Part shown: positions 19,387 to 28,727 of the stretch, piece by piece | Numbering within the stretch: position 1 is the first letter of the stretch | How the letters are laid out: the number at the start of each line of letters is the position of its first letter | Source of the DNA: Kiritimatiellia bacterium | GTDB taxonomy: Bacteria > Verrucomicrobiota > Kiritimatiellia > RFP12 > JBMNHG01 | Direction: 5' to 3' | DNA: 64,000 bases | NCBI GenBank assembly: GCA_050950285.1 | Contig: JBMNHG010000006.1 | Span: 169,167 to 233,166, forward strand | Made by a program: the position numbers and the translations under genes | Notes under the pieces: model-generated | Database searches by the model: none | What the model was told of the DNA's origin: nothing | The model's input: the letters and a program-made list of their open reading frames with translations, nothing else

Positions 19387-19531
19387 GGGCATGCCTCCTT
19401 GACGGCGCGCATTGTAGGAAAAAGACGGACGCAAGGGAAGAGGTTTTTTCATGTTTTTTTTCGAGGGCCGGAAACAGCCCCCGGAACACCCCGGAACAGC
19501 CCCGCCGACGGGGCCCAAAGGAACATGCCGC

Positions 19532-19561
19532 TTGACCTTTTGCGGAGGGAAGCGGTATGGT
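19532..19561 (+). promoter_or_regulatory. Putative sigma70 promoter for the FmdB-like gene
   Basis: TTGACC-18-TATGGT. Confidence 0.4.
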
Positions 19562-19597
19562 TTTTCCCGTTTTTTCCGAAAGAAGGTCGTTTCCCAC

Positions 19598-19843
19598 ATG
19601 CCAAACTACGATTATGAATGCACGAAGTGCGGCTACCACTTCGAAATGTTCCAGAGGATGACCGAGCCCCATCGCAAGACCTGCCCGAAGTGCAAGGGGA
19701 AGGTCAAACGCCTGCCTGGCGCGGGCGCGGGAATCCTTTTCAAGGGGAGCGGTTTCTACGAGACGGACTACAAGCGCAAGACCGCCGAAAGCGGTGGCGG
19801 CAGCACGCCGGCCGAATCCCCGTCCGCCGCCAGCCCCTACTAA
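19598..19843 (+). CDS. FmdB-family zinc-ribbon protein
   Basis: MPNYDYECTKCG...CPKCKG...FKGSGFYETDY; the stop codon lies inside the MITE end (TAC TAA). Confidence 0.88.
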   Translation: MPNYDYECTKCGYHFEMFQRMTEPHRKTCPKCKGKVKRLPGAGAGILFKGSGFYETDYKRKTAESGGGSTPAESPSAASPY

Positions 19844-20596
19844 CCCGGCCACAAATTGCGTTGCTCACGGAGATTCAGGCATTGGGAGCTGGAATTTGGA
19901 GCTGGGAAAGGGGCATGGACATTCCTGTCCGTGTCACGGGTTGGAAAACCCGTGCCCCTACTAACCCGGCCACAAATTGCGTTGCTCACGGAGATTCAGG
20001 CATTGGGAGCTGGAATTTGGAGCTGGGAAAGGGGCATGGACATTCCTGTCCGTGTCACGGGTTGGAAAACCCGTGCCCCTACTAACCCGGCCACAAATTG
20101 CGTTGCTCACGGAGATTCAGGCATTGGGAGCTGGAATTTGGAGCTGGGAAAGGGGCATGGACATTCCTGTCCGTGTCACGGGTTGGAAAACCCGTGCCCC
20201 TACTAACCCGGCCACAAATTGCGTTGCTCACGGAGATTCAGGCATTGGGAGCTGGAATTTGGAGCTGGGAAAGGGGCATGGACATTCCTGTCCGTGTCAC
20301 GGGTTGGAAAACCCGTGCCCCTACTAACCCGGCCACAAATTGCGTTGCTCACGGAGATTCAGGCATTGGGAGCTGGAATTTGGAGCTGGGAAAGGGGCAT
20401 GGACATTCCTGTCCGTGTCACGGGTTGGAAAACCCGTGCCCCTACTAACCCGGCCACAAATTGCGTTGCTCACGGAGATTCAGGCATTGGGAGCTGGAAT
20501 TTGGAGCTGGGAAAGGGGCATGGACATTCCTGTCCGTGTCACGGGTTGGAAAACCCGTGCCCCTGTTTTGCAGTATGAATTGTAGCCGAGTTAGTA
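19838..20596 (+). mobile_element. 154-bp MITE-like element whose left 121 bp is tandemly amplified to six copies
   Basis: Imperfect 17-bp TIRs TACTAACCCGGCCACAA / TTGTAGCCGAGTTAGTA; units start at 19833, 19954, 20075, 20196, 20317, 20438; single copy at 46997-47150. Confidence 0.8.
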
Positions 20597-20670
20597 GCGA
20601 GAACCCGGATCGGGGCCGACCCTGGCGGGGCCGGCCCATTTTGCATCCGTCGCACGGCATGGGCGCATCG

Positions 20671-21447
20671 ATGAGAATCGGCTTCTTCGATTCCGGCGTG
20701 GGGGGGCTCTCCGTCTGGCGCGAAGCGATGCGCCAGATACCGGGGCTGGACTCCGTGTATCTCGCCGACACCGCGCACTGCCCCTATGGCGACCGTCCGG
20801 CCGATTTCATCGCCATGCGGTGCCATGCCGCCGTGCGCCTGCTTCGAGAGCGTGGATGCCGGCTCGTCGTGGTGGCCTGCAATACGGCGACCGCCGCCGC
20901 GATCGACACGCTCCGGGCATCCTATCCCCTCCCCTTCGTGGGCATGGAGCCGGCCGTGAAGCCCGCCGCCCTCGCGACGAAGACCGGCGTGGTGGGCGTG
21001 CTGGCGACCCCGGGCACCCTCGCCGGCCGCCTCTTCCGGGAAACATCCGCCAAGGCCGCACACCACGCCCGCGTGCTGGTCCGGCATGCGGCCGGCTGGG
21101 TCGAAGCCGTCGAACGCGGCGACATCGCCCCCGAAGGCGCCACCCTCGAGATCGTCCGCCGCGAGGTTGCCCCGCTGCTCGAGGCCGGAGCGGACAGCCT
21201 CGTGCTCGGCTGCACGCACTTCCCCTTTCTGCGGGACGCGATCCAGGCCGTGGCGGGGCCGGGCGTGGTCCTCTACGACCCGTCCCCCGCCATTGCCAGG
21301 CGCATCCTGGACCTTCTCCCGGAAAGCGGATCCTTCGACGGCCCCTGCCGCACGGAATTCCTTTCGACGGGCGACCCCACCTCCCTGGATCGCATGTTGC
21401 GCCACCTGCACATGGGAAGCGTACCCATCACCCGCGTCGCGCCGTGA
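20671..21447 (+). CDS. murI: Glutamate racemase
   Basis: IGFFDSGVGGLSV, CPYG, VVACNTATA and LGCTHFP motifs (alternative start 20659). Confidence 0.95.
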   Translation: MRIGFFDSGVGGLSVWREAMRQIPGLDSVYLADTAHCPYGDRPADFIAMRCHAAVRLLRERGCRLVVVACNTATAAAIDTLRASYPLPFVGMEPAVKPAALATKTGVVGVLATPGTLAGRLFRETSAKAAHHARVLVRHAAGWVEAVERGDIAPEGATLEIVRREVAPLLEAGADSLVLGCTHFPFLRDAIQAVAGPGVVLYDPSPAIARRILDLLPESGSFDGPCRTEFLSTGDPTSLDRMLRHLHMGSVPITRVAP

Positions 21448-21550
21448 CGCGCGCCCGTCGCGCGATCCCGACCCCACCCCTGCCGGGGGATTTCCGGGGA
21501 TTCCGCTCGAAGTCCCATCACGGCACGGTATGTGCTAGGAACAAACCATC

Positions 21551-21997
21551 ATGAAACCCTTCCCCCTATGGACGGCCTGCCTTTCGGTGTTTCTCGTGCT
21601 TCGCACGCTCCCCGCGCCCGCGCAAGACCTGGAAGCGCTGGACAAGGCGTACGGCGAGCTGGCCGGCGAGATCGCCGGCGAACAGATGGACTTCCTCGAT
21701 CGCAAGGAAGCCGCGGAACGATGCTTCTCGGACCCGAAGTACGAAACCGAGGCCACCGCGGACATCCGGAAGCGGATCGCCAGCCTCAAGGCCGAAGTCC
21801 GGAAGGCCGAGGAAGAGCTCCGCGCCGAAATCGCGAAGCATCCCGAGGTCAAGGCGAAACTCGACGGCCTCGCGAAAGACCGCGAGGCGCTCGCCGCGAA
21901 GCTGGACCGTCTCGACGAACTGAAGGCGCAGCGCGCCGCCGCGCGGAAGGCGGCCCAGCCGAAACCCAGGCCGAAGGCCCCGGTGGACGCCGAATGA
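21551..21997 (+). CDS. Hypothetical exported coiled-coil protein
   Basis: 148 aa with N-terminal signal-like segment and helical charged body; overlaps the next start (ATGA). Confidence 0.7.
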   Translation: MKPFPLWTACLSVFLVLRTLPAPAQDLEALDKAYGELAGEIAGEQMDFLDRKEAAERCFSDPKYETEATADIRKRIASLKAEVRKAEEELRAEIAKHPEVKAKLDGLAKDREALAAKLDRLDELKAQRAAARKAAQPKPRPKAPVDAE

Positions 21998-23781
21998 TCT
22001 TCGACCGGCCACACCTTCCTCCGGGAAACGGCGCGCCGCATCTTTCGCGGCATGCCGTTTTCCCCGGCGGATTCGCCCGGATTCCCGTTGCGCTGCTGCC
22101 GCTGCTGGCGCTGCTGGCCGGCTGCATGACGCCCGATCGCGCGGTGGACGAGACGGAGCGCGCCGCCTCCGAACTCGCCACGCCGGTGGTGGGCGACATC
22201 ACCGGCCTCACCAACGCGTTCACCATCGCCCGGCCCGAGGATCGCCTGCGCGCGCGGCTGATGGTTTCGCAGGACCTGCCCGGAACGCGCTCCGCCACCA
22301 ACGGCGTGACGTCGCTCGGCGACGGGCCCGTCACGCTGACGTTGCAGGACGCCTTGCGCATCGGCGCGCAGAACGACGACACCTACCAGAAGCTCAAAGA
22401 GGCGATCTTCCATGCCGCGCTCGCGATCGACCTGCAGCAGCACGCCTTCGAATCCACCTTCGCCGGCGCGCTGGGTGGCGGCGTGGAACGCACGACCGGC
22501 GACGGCGGCAATGCCACCACCGCCTCGGGCAACGCGAAACCCTCCATGGCCCGCACCTTCTCGAACGGCGCCACGGCGGCCGCCTCGCTCGGCCTGGACG
22601 TGGTCCGCCTGCTTACGGGGGACAAGAGCGGCGCCTTCGGCCTCGCGGGGGACGCCTCGTTCTCGATCCCGCTCCTGCGCGGCTCCGGACGGGCCGTCAA
22701 CCTCGAAAAGCTGACGCAGGCCCAGCGCGACCTTCTCTATGCGGTGCACGACTTCGAAGCCCACCGGCAAAGCTACGCGGTGAGCATCGCCGACGCCTAC
22801 TACGCGATTCTCGAAGCCGTCCGCCACCTGGAATCCCTCGAGGACAACCAGCAGCGTCTTTCCGACAATTTCGAACGCGCCCAAATGCTCGCGGATTCGG
22901 GCCGGATGAAGCGCATCGAAGTGGACCAGGCGCGTCAGGACCTGCTCTCCACGGGGAACTCGCTCGTCTCCGCCCGCCGGAACCTCGACGCGAAATACGA
23001 CGGGTTCAAGGCCACGCTCGGGCTTCCCGCCGACGCGGAAATCGCCGTGGACATGGACGAGCTCGTGCGCTTGCAGGTGGACATGGGGCTCGGGGCCGAG
23101 GGCACCAACCTCGTGGATGCCGCCGCGGCCATGCCCCCGCTGCCGTGGAACGACGACGATGCGCTGGCCATCGCCCTCGAGCGCCGCCATGACCTCTTCA
23201 ACACGCGCGGCCGCCTGGAGGACGCCGTGCGCGCCCTGCCGCTGGCAAGGGACCGGCTGCGCCCCGAACTCTCCCTCTCCGGCGCGCTGGGCTACGATCG
23301 CCAGCGGAAGATCCACGCCCCCGCCGCGGCAGAGGGCGAAAAGCGCTCCACCCGGGATTGGACCTACTCCGCCGGCCTGGACCTCGACCTGCCCTGGGAA
23401 CGCACCGCCGAGCGGAACGAATACCGCGCCGCGCTCGTCGCCATCGACGCCGCCATGCGGTCGGTCGAAACCGCCGAGGACGCGGCCAAGAGCCTCATCC
23501 GCGACGACCTCCGGAAGCTGCGCTCCGCCTGGGCGTCGTTCGTCATCCAGTCGGAAGCCGTGCGCGTGGCCATGCGGCGCGTGCACAGCACCGATCTCTT
23601 CAACCAGGCGGGCCGCGCGGAGATCCGCGACGTGCTCGATGCGGAAGACGACCTGCTCACCGCGCGCAACGCGCTCGTGAGCGCCGTCATCGACTACCGT
23701 GTCGCGGGCCTTGAACTGCGCCGCGACATGGCCGTGCTGGATATCACCGCGGAAGGACTTTGGAATGAACTCGAACCCTAA
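21994..23781 (+). CDS. TolC-family outer membrane efflux lipoprotein
   Basis: LLAGC lipobox; LTLQDALRIG and OEP-type repeats; C-terminal DVLDAEDDLLTARNALVSAVIDY. Confidence 0.85.
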   Translation: MIFDRPHLPPGNGAPHLSRHAVFPGGFARIPVALLPLLALLAGCMTPDRAVDETERAASELATPVVGDITGLTNAFTIARPEDRLRARLMVSQDLPGTRSATNGVTSLGDGPVTLTLQDALRIGAQNDDTYQKLKEAIFHAALAIDLQQHAFESTFAGALGGGVERTTGDGGNATTASGNAKPSMARTFSNGATAAASLGLDVVRLLTGDKSGAFGLAGDASFSIPLLRGSGRAVNLEKLTQAQRDLLYAVHDFEAHRQSYAVSIADAYYAILEAVRHLESLEDNQQRLSDNFERAQMLADSGRMKRIEVDQARQDLLSTGNSLVSARRNLDAKYDGFKATLGLPADAEIAVDMDELVRLQVDMGLGAEGTNLVDAAAAMPPLPWNDDDALAIALERRHDLFNTRGRLEDAVRALPLARDRLRPELSLSGALGYDRQRKIHAPAAAEGEKRSTRDWTYSAGLDLDLPWERTAERNEYRAALVAIDAAMRSVETAEDAAKSLIRDDLRKLRSAWASFVIQSEAVRVAMRRVHSTDLFNQAGRAEIRDVLDAEDDLLTARNALVSAVIDYRVAGLELRRDMAVLDITAEGLWNELEP

Positions 23782-25372
23782 GACGAAAAAACGGATGGGC
23801 GTCGCGGCCGCAATCCTCGTTGCGGCGGGCGTCGTGGGGGGCATCGCCATGCGGCGCGCCGCCGTGCGGAGCCACCAGGACCTGGGCCCCCTCTACGAGG
23901 TGAAGCGCGGCCCGCTGGACATCACCGTCACCACCTCCGGAACCATCCAGAGCCGCAAGAACGTCATGGTGCTGAGCGAGGTGGAAGGACGCAACACCAT
24001 CCTGTGGATCATCGACGAAGGCACCACGGTCACCAACGGCCAGCTGCTTCTCGAGATGGACTCCAGCTCCTTCACCGACAAGCTCACCGAACAGCAGATC
24101 TCCGTGGCCAACGCCTCCGATGCGCTCGTGCAGGCCGAGGAGAAGCTCGCCGTGGCCCGGAACGCGCAGGAGGCGTATGTGGCCGAGGCCCACCTCAAGC
24201 TCGAGCTGGCCGTGCTGGAAATCGAGAAGTACGCCCAGGGCGAATACCCGCAGTCGCTCCAAGAGGCCACCGGCAGGATCATGATCGCCAACGAAGAGGT
24301 GGAGCGCGCCGCCGAGGACGTCAACTGGTCGCGCAAGCTTGCGGACCAGGGCTACCTCACGCGAAGCGAGCTGCAGGCGGACGAGCTCACCCTCAAGCAG
24401 AAGCAGAACTCCTACGACCAGGCGGTCACGGCCTTGAACGTGCTCACCAACTACACCCATCGCCGCCAGACCGCCACCCTCGAATCGGACCGCAAGCAGG
24501 CCGAGATGGCGCTGGAGCGGATCGTCCGCGAGCGGCGGGCCGACGTGATCCAGGCGGAGAGCAACCTCCGCGCCCGCCAGCAGGAGTCCGAGCGCCAGAA
24601 CACCCGCCTTGAAAAGCTCGAGACGTCCGTGCGGAACTGCAAGGTCTACGCGCCCACCAACGGCCTGGTGATCTACGCATCGACCGTGCAAGCGTCCCGG
24701 CGCCACTGGGGGAGCGACCCCCTCCAGGCCGGTTCGCAGGTGAACGAGCGGCAGGAGCTCATCCAGATCCCGCTGGACGGCGGCATGATCGTGGAGATGA
24801 GCGTGCCCGAGTCCGCGCTGAACAAGCTCGCCCTCGACCAGCGCGCCAGGGTGAAGATCGAGGCCCTGCCCGGCAGCGTGTTCACGGGGCACCTTTCGAA
24901 GATCGGGCTTCTGCCCGACGGGCGGAACACCTGGCTCAACCCCGACCTCAAGCTCTACAACTGCGAGATCGAGCTCGACTCCGCAGAGGGCCTCCGCTCC
25001 GGCATGAATTGCGAGGCGGAACTGCACGTGGACCACTACGACGACGCCATCGCGGTCCCGCTCCAGTGCGTGATCCGCGTGGGGGACGAGCCGGTGGTGT
25101 TCGTGGCGCAAGACGGCGAGGCCGTCGCCCGGCCCGTGGTGCTCGGACTCGACAACAACCGGCACGTGCGCGTTCTCGAAGGCCTGGACGAAGGCGACCT
25201 CGTGCTCCTCGATCCGCCGCTCGCGAAAGGCGGGAAAGGGCATCCCGGAGGCGACCCGGAAGACGCATCCGGCGACAAGCCCCGCAACGGGGACGGAAAG
25301 CGTTCCGCCGAAGGGAACCCCGGGCGGCCGCGGCAGCCGCCGCCCGGCGGGAACCCGCCGCCCGGCCCCTAG
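23765..25372 (+). CDS. Efflux periplasmic adaptor (HlyD/MFP family)
   Basis: N-terminal TM; VKRGPLDITVTTSG; lipoyl-like EGTTVTNGQLL; long coiled coil; PVVLGLDN..VRVLEGL.EGD.V. Confidence 0.88.
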   Translation: MNSNPKTKKRMGVAAAILVAAGVVGGIAMRRAAVRSHQDLGPLYEVKRGPLDITVTTSGTIQSRKNVMVLSEVEGRNTILWIIDEGTTVTNGQLLLEMDSSSFTDKLTEQQISVANASDALVQAEEKLAVARNAQEAYVAEAHLKLELAVLEIEKYAQGEYPQSLQEATGRIMIANEEVERAAEDVNWSRKLADQGYLTRSELQADELTLKQKQNSYDQAVTALNVLTNYTHRRQTATLESDRKQAEMALERIVRERRADVIQAESNLRARQQESERQNTRLEKLETSVRNCKVYAPTNGLVIYASTVQASRRHWGSDPLQAGSQVNERQELIQIPLDGGMIVEMSVPESALNKLALDQRARVKIEALPGSVFTGHLSKIGLLPDGRNTWLNPDLKLYNCEIELDSAEGLRSGMNCEAELHVDHYDDAIAVPLQCVIRVGDEPVVFVAQDGEAVARPVVLGLDNNRHVRVLEGLDEGDLVLLDPPLAKGGKGHPGGDPEDASGDKPRNGDGKRSAEGNPGRPRQPPPGGNPPPGP

Positions 25373-25509
25373 CCGCGGACGGCCTTCGACGGAGCCGAGC
25401 GCGCCCCTCCCGGCCCGAAGCGAAGAGGAGCCGTCTTCCCGCTGCCGGGGACAATCGCCCCGTGGCCGCGCCGTTCCCCGCCGTCGCCCGTGCATGCCAT
25501 GCGTTCTGC

Positions 25510-25539
25510 TTGAATCATCCCGCGAAAGCACGATATACT
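25510..25539 (+). promoter_or_regulatory. Putative sigma70 promoter for the GH38 gene
   Basis: TTGAAT-18-TATACT. Confidence 0.5.
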
Positions 25540-25576
25540 TCCCGCCATCTTTTTCGCCACACCCGAGGAAATCCCC

Positions 25577-28500
25577 ATGTCCCACTTCCATCTGAACCTC
25601 CACGAAGACCGCATCGCCGAAGTCCTCAAGCGCCTCCCCCACGAGATTCTTCTGGAGCACATCCCCTTCGACGCCGTCTGCGCGGTCACTCCCGAACCCG
25701 TCCCCTACTCGATCCGCGAGTCCCTCGCCTACGCGCCCATCGCGGAAGGCGGCCGCTGGGGCGACGTCTGGGATTGCGGCTGGTTCCGCCTGACGGCGAA
25801 GGTGCCGAAATCGTGGAAGGGCTCCTACGTGGTGGCCCGGCTCGACTTTGGCGGCGAAGCGCTCGTGTACGATGAAAACGGCGACCCCAAGGTGGGCCTC
25901 ACGAACGGTTCGGTCTTCGACGGCCACTACCACAAGGACATCGCCCACCTGATCCCCTGCTGCAAGGGCGGCGAGGCGGTGGACCTCTGGGTCGAGACCG
26001 GCGCCAACGCCCTGTTCGGCGCGGACATCGTGGCGGATCCCGCGTGGCTGGACGATCCCTCGAAGATGCACGGCACGTACGACGGCTCGGTGCGGGCCTG
26101 CCGTCTCTGCCGATTCGACCACGGGAAATGGCAGCTCTGGCTTGATCTCTCCGTGCTCTTCGACCTGGCGAAGGCGCTGCCGGACACCTCCGCCCGCCGC
26201 TACTCCCTGGTGCGCGGCATGGGCAAGGCGCTCGACAAGCTGCCCGGCGAAGGCGCAGCGGCCTGCCGCGCCGCGCTGAAGCCGCTTTTCGACGTGAAGA
26301 GCGACCCCGCCGCCCCGGACGTTTGGGGCGTGGGCCACGCCCACATCGACACCGCCTGGCTCTGGCCCATGCGCGAGACCGTCCGCAAGTGCGCCCGCAC
26401 CTTCTCCAGCCAGATCGGCCTCATCGAGCGCTATCCCGGCTACGTCTTCGGGGCTTCGCAAGCCCAGCACTACGCCTTCGCCAAGCACTGCTACCCGGGG
26501 CTCTACGAGAAGATCCAAAAGGCCGTGGCCGACGGATCCTGGGAAATCCAGGGCGGCATGTGGGTCGAGGCCGACTGCAACCTCATCGGCGGCGAATCGA
26601 TGGTGCGCCAGTTCCTCCATGGGAAGAACTTCTTCCGCGACGAATTCGGCGTCGACGTGAAGAACCTCTGGCTCCCCGACGTCTTCGGCTACTCCGCGAA
26701 CCTGCCCCAGATCCTCCGCAAGGCGGGCATGGATTTCTTCCTCACCCAAAAGCTCTCCTGGAACGTCTACAACAAGATGCCGCACAACACCTTTTTCTGG
26801 CGCGGCATCGACGGGAGCGAAGTGCTCGCCCACTTCCCGCCGGAAGACGACTACAACTCCTGCGCGCTCCCCTCGCAGCTCCGCCGCCATGAAACGAACA
26901 ACCGCGAGCGCGGCCTGGTCCAGGACACCCTCTGCCTCTTCGGGATCGGGAACGGCGGCGGCGGCCCGAAGGAGGAGCACGTCGAACGCGCCCTCCGCAT
27001 GCGCGACCTGAACGGCGTCCCGCGCTTCCACCTCGGCAAGGCCCAGCCCATCCTCGAGAAGATGGCCGCGCTCGGCGACGAGCTCGACACCTGGAACGGC
27101 GAACTCTACTTCGAGCTCCATCGCGGCACCCTCACCACCCAGGCCGCCATCAAGCGCTGGAACCGGCGCGCCGAGGAAGCCCTCCGCTCCGCCGAGATGC
27201 TCTGCGCCTCCGTCCGTCCGCAGGACTACCCCATCGACGTCTTCGACCGCCTCTGGAAGACGGTCCTCGTGAACCAGTTCCACGACATCCTCCCCGGCTC
27301 CAGCATCCATCGCGTGTACGTCGAGGCCGAGGCCCAGCTGCGCAAGGTCGTGGACGAGGCCCGCGAACTTCGCGGCGCCGCCGCCAGGAAGCTCCTTGCG
27401 GCGGACGCCGGTTCCACCACCTTCTTCAACCCCTCCAGCACGCCCTTCGCCGGCGCGGTCGCCCTCCCGGAAGGCTGGAAGGGCGCCACCTGCGCCACCA
27501 GCGGGAAGGCGCTTCCCTCGCAGGACGAAGGCGGCGAGACCACCGCCTGGATCGAAGTCCCGCCCCATTCCTTCGCCACCCTCCGCAAGGGCAGGCCCGC
27601 CCGCGCCGCCGCCGCGAAAGCCAAGCCCGAAGAAGGCGAACGCTTCGTCCTCGAGAACGACGTCGTCCGCTACGCCTTCGACGACCGGCTCCAGCTCGTC
27701 GCCGCCTTCGACAAGCTCGCGGGCCGCGACATCCTGGCCGCCGGAGAGACGGGCAACCGCCTCGAACTCTTCGAGGATCACCCCCACTGCTACGACGCCT
27801 GGGACATCGACGAGTACTACCGCTCGATGCGCCTCGACACCGCGCACGTCGTCTCCGTCCAAGCCATCGGGACGCCCGCCGTCCGGACGGGCCTCGAGGC
27901 GGAAATCCGGATCGGCGGCTCCACGCTCCGCCAGCGGATCTGGCTCGGGCGCGACGGCAGGCGCCTCGACTTCGCGACCGAAGCCGACTGGAAGGAAAGC
28001 CACCGCCTCCTGCGCGTCGCCTTCCCCGTGTCCGTGGAAGCCCCGGAAGCCTCCTTCGAAATCCAGTACGGCATCGTGCGGCGCGCCACGCACGACAACA
28101 CCATGTGGCAATACGCGCAATTCGAGGGCGTCGGCCACCGCTTCGCCGACCTCTCGTGCCGCACCTACGGCGTCGCCCTGCTGAACGACAGCAAGTACGG
28201 CTATCGCGTGAAGGGCCACGAGCTCTCGCTCTCGCTCCTCCGCTCGCCCACCTCGCCCGACCCGGTCGCGGACAAGGGCGACCACCACCGCTTCACCTAC
28301 TCCCTCCTCCCCCACCCGGGCGACCTGGCGGACTCGGACGTCTTCGCGAATGCCGCCGTCATCAACCAGGGCGTCGAACGCTTCGACGGACTCGCGCCGA
28401 AGAAGACCACCCGCCTGCCCGTCTCGCTGGAAGGCGAAGGCATCGAACTCGCCGTGCTGAAGCGCGCCGAGAAGACCGACGACCTCGTCGTGCGCCTCGT

Positions 28501-28684
28501 CGAAACGCGGGGAACCGGCGCCACGGGCCTCCTGCGCACGGCGAACGCCAGAGCCGCGGTCACGCCGGTCGACCTGATGGAGTGGAACGACCTCGGCGCC
28601 GCCACCCAAGGCAAGGTCGCCCTCGCGTTCACGCCCTTCGAAATCAAGACCTTCCGGATCACCCTCCCGGCGGCGCGCCGATAA
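25577..28684 (+). CDS. Alpha-mannosidase, glycoside hydrolase family 38
   Basis: GHAHIDTAWLWP, WLPDVFGY, GELYFELHRGT and NQFHDILPGSSI motifs. Confidence 0.95.
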   Translation: MSHFHLNLHEDRIAEVLKRLPHEILLEHIPFDAVCAVTPEPVPYSIRESLAYAPIAEGGRWGDVWDCGWFRLTAKVPKSWKGSYVVARLDFGGEALVYDENGDPKVGLTNGSVFDGHYHKDIAHLIPCCKGGEAVDLWVETGANALFGADIVADPAWLDDPSKMHGTYDGSVRACRLCRFDHGKWQLWLDLSVLFDLAKALPDTSARRYSLVRGMGKALDKLPGEGAAACRAALKPLFDVKSDPAAPDVWGVGHAHIDTAWLWPMRETVRKCARTFSSQIGLIERYPGYVFGASQAQHYAFAKHCYPGLYEKIQKAVADGSWEIQGGMWVEADCNLIGGESMVRQFLHGKNFFRDEFGVDVKNLWLPDVFGYSANLPQILRKAGMDFFLTQKLSWNVYNKMPHNTFFWRGIDGSEVLAHFPPEDDYNSCALPSQLRRHETNNRERGLVQDTLCLFGIGNGGGGPKEEHVERALRMRDLNGVPRFHLGKAQPILEKMAALGDELDTWNGELYFELHRGTLTTQAAIKRWNRRAEEALRSAEMLCASVRPQDYPIDVFDRLWKTVLVNQFHDILPGSSIHRVYVEAEAQLRKVVDEARELRGAAARKLLAADAGSTTFFNPSSTPFAGAVALPEGWKGATCATSGKALPSQDEGGETTAWIEVPPHSFATLRKGRPARAAAAKAKPEEGERFVLENDVVRYAFDDRLQLVAAFDKLAGRDILAAGETGNRLELFEDHPHCYDAWDIDEYYRSMRLDTAHVVSVQAIGTPAVRTGLEAEIRIGGSTLRQRIWLGRDGRRLDFATEADWKESHRLLRVAFPVSVEAPEASFEIQYGIVRRATHDNTMWQYAQFEGVGHRFADLSCRTYGVALLNDSKYGYRVKGHELSLSLLRSPTSPDPVADKGDHHRFTYSLLPHPGDLADSDVFANAAVINQGVERFDGLAPKKTTRLPVSLEGEGIELAVLKRAEKTDDLVVRLVETRGTGATGLLRTANARAAVTPVDLMEWNDLGAATQGKVALAFTPFEIKTFRITLPAARR

Positions 28685-28727
28685 CTCCAATCCACGAACC
28701 GTCCGCCTTCCAAACAAGGATTGTCCC

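Noticed and set aside
19833..20564. CRISPR array
   Set aside because: The units are identical 121-bp direct repeats with no unique spacers, and no cas genes are present; explained as MITE amplification.
19856..20585. Repeated 116-aa ORFs
   Set aside because: Frame-cycling by-products of the 121-bp tandem repeat; no RBS or protein-like features.
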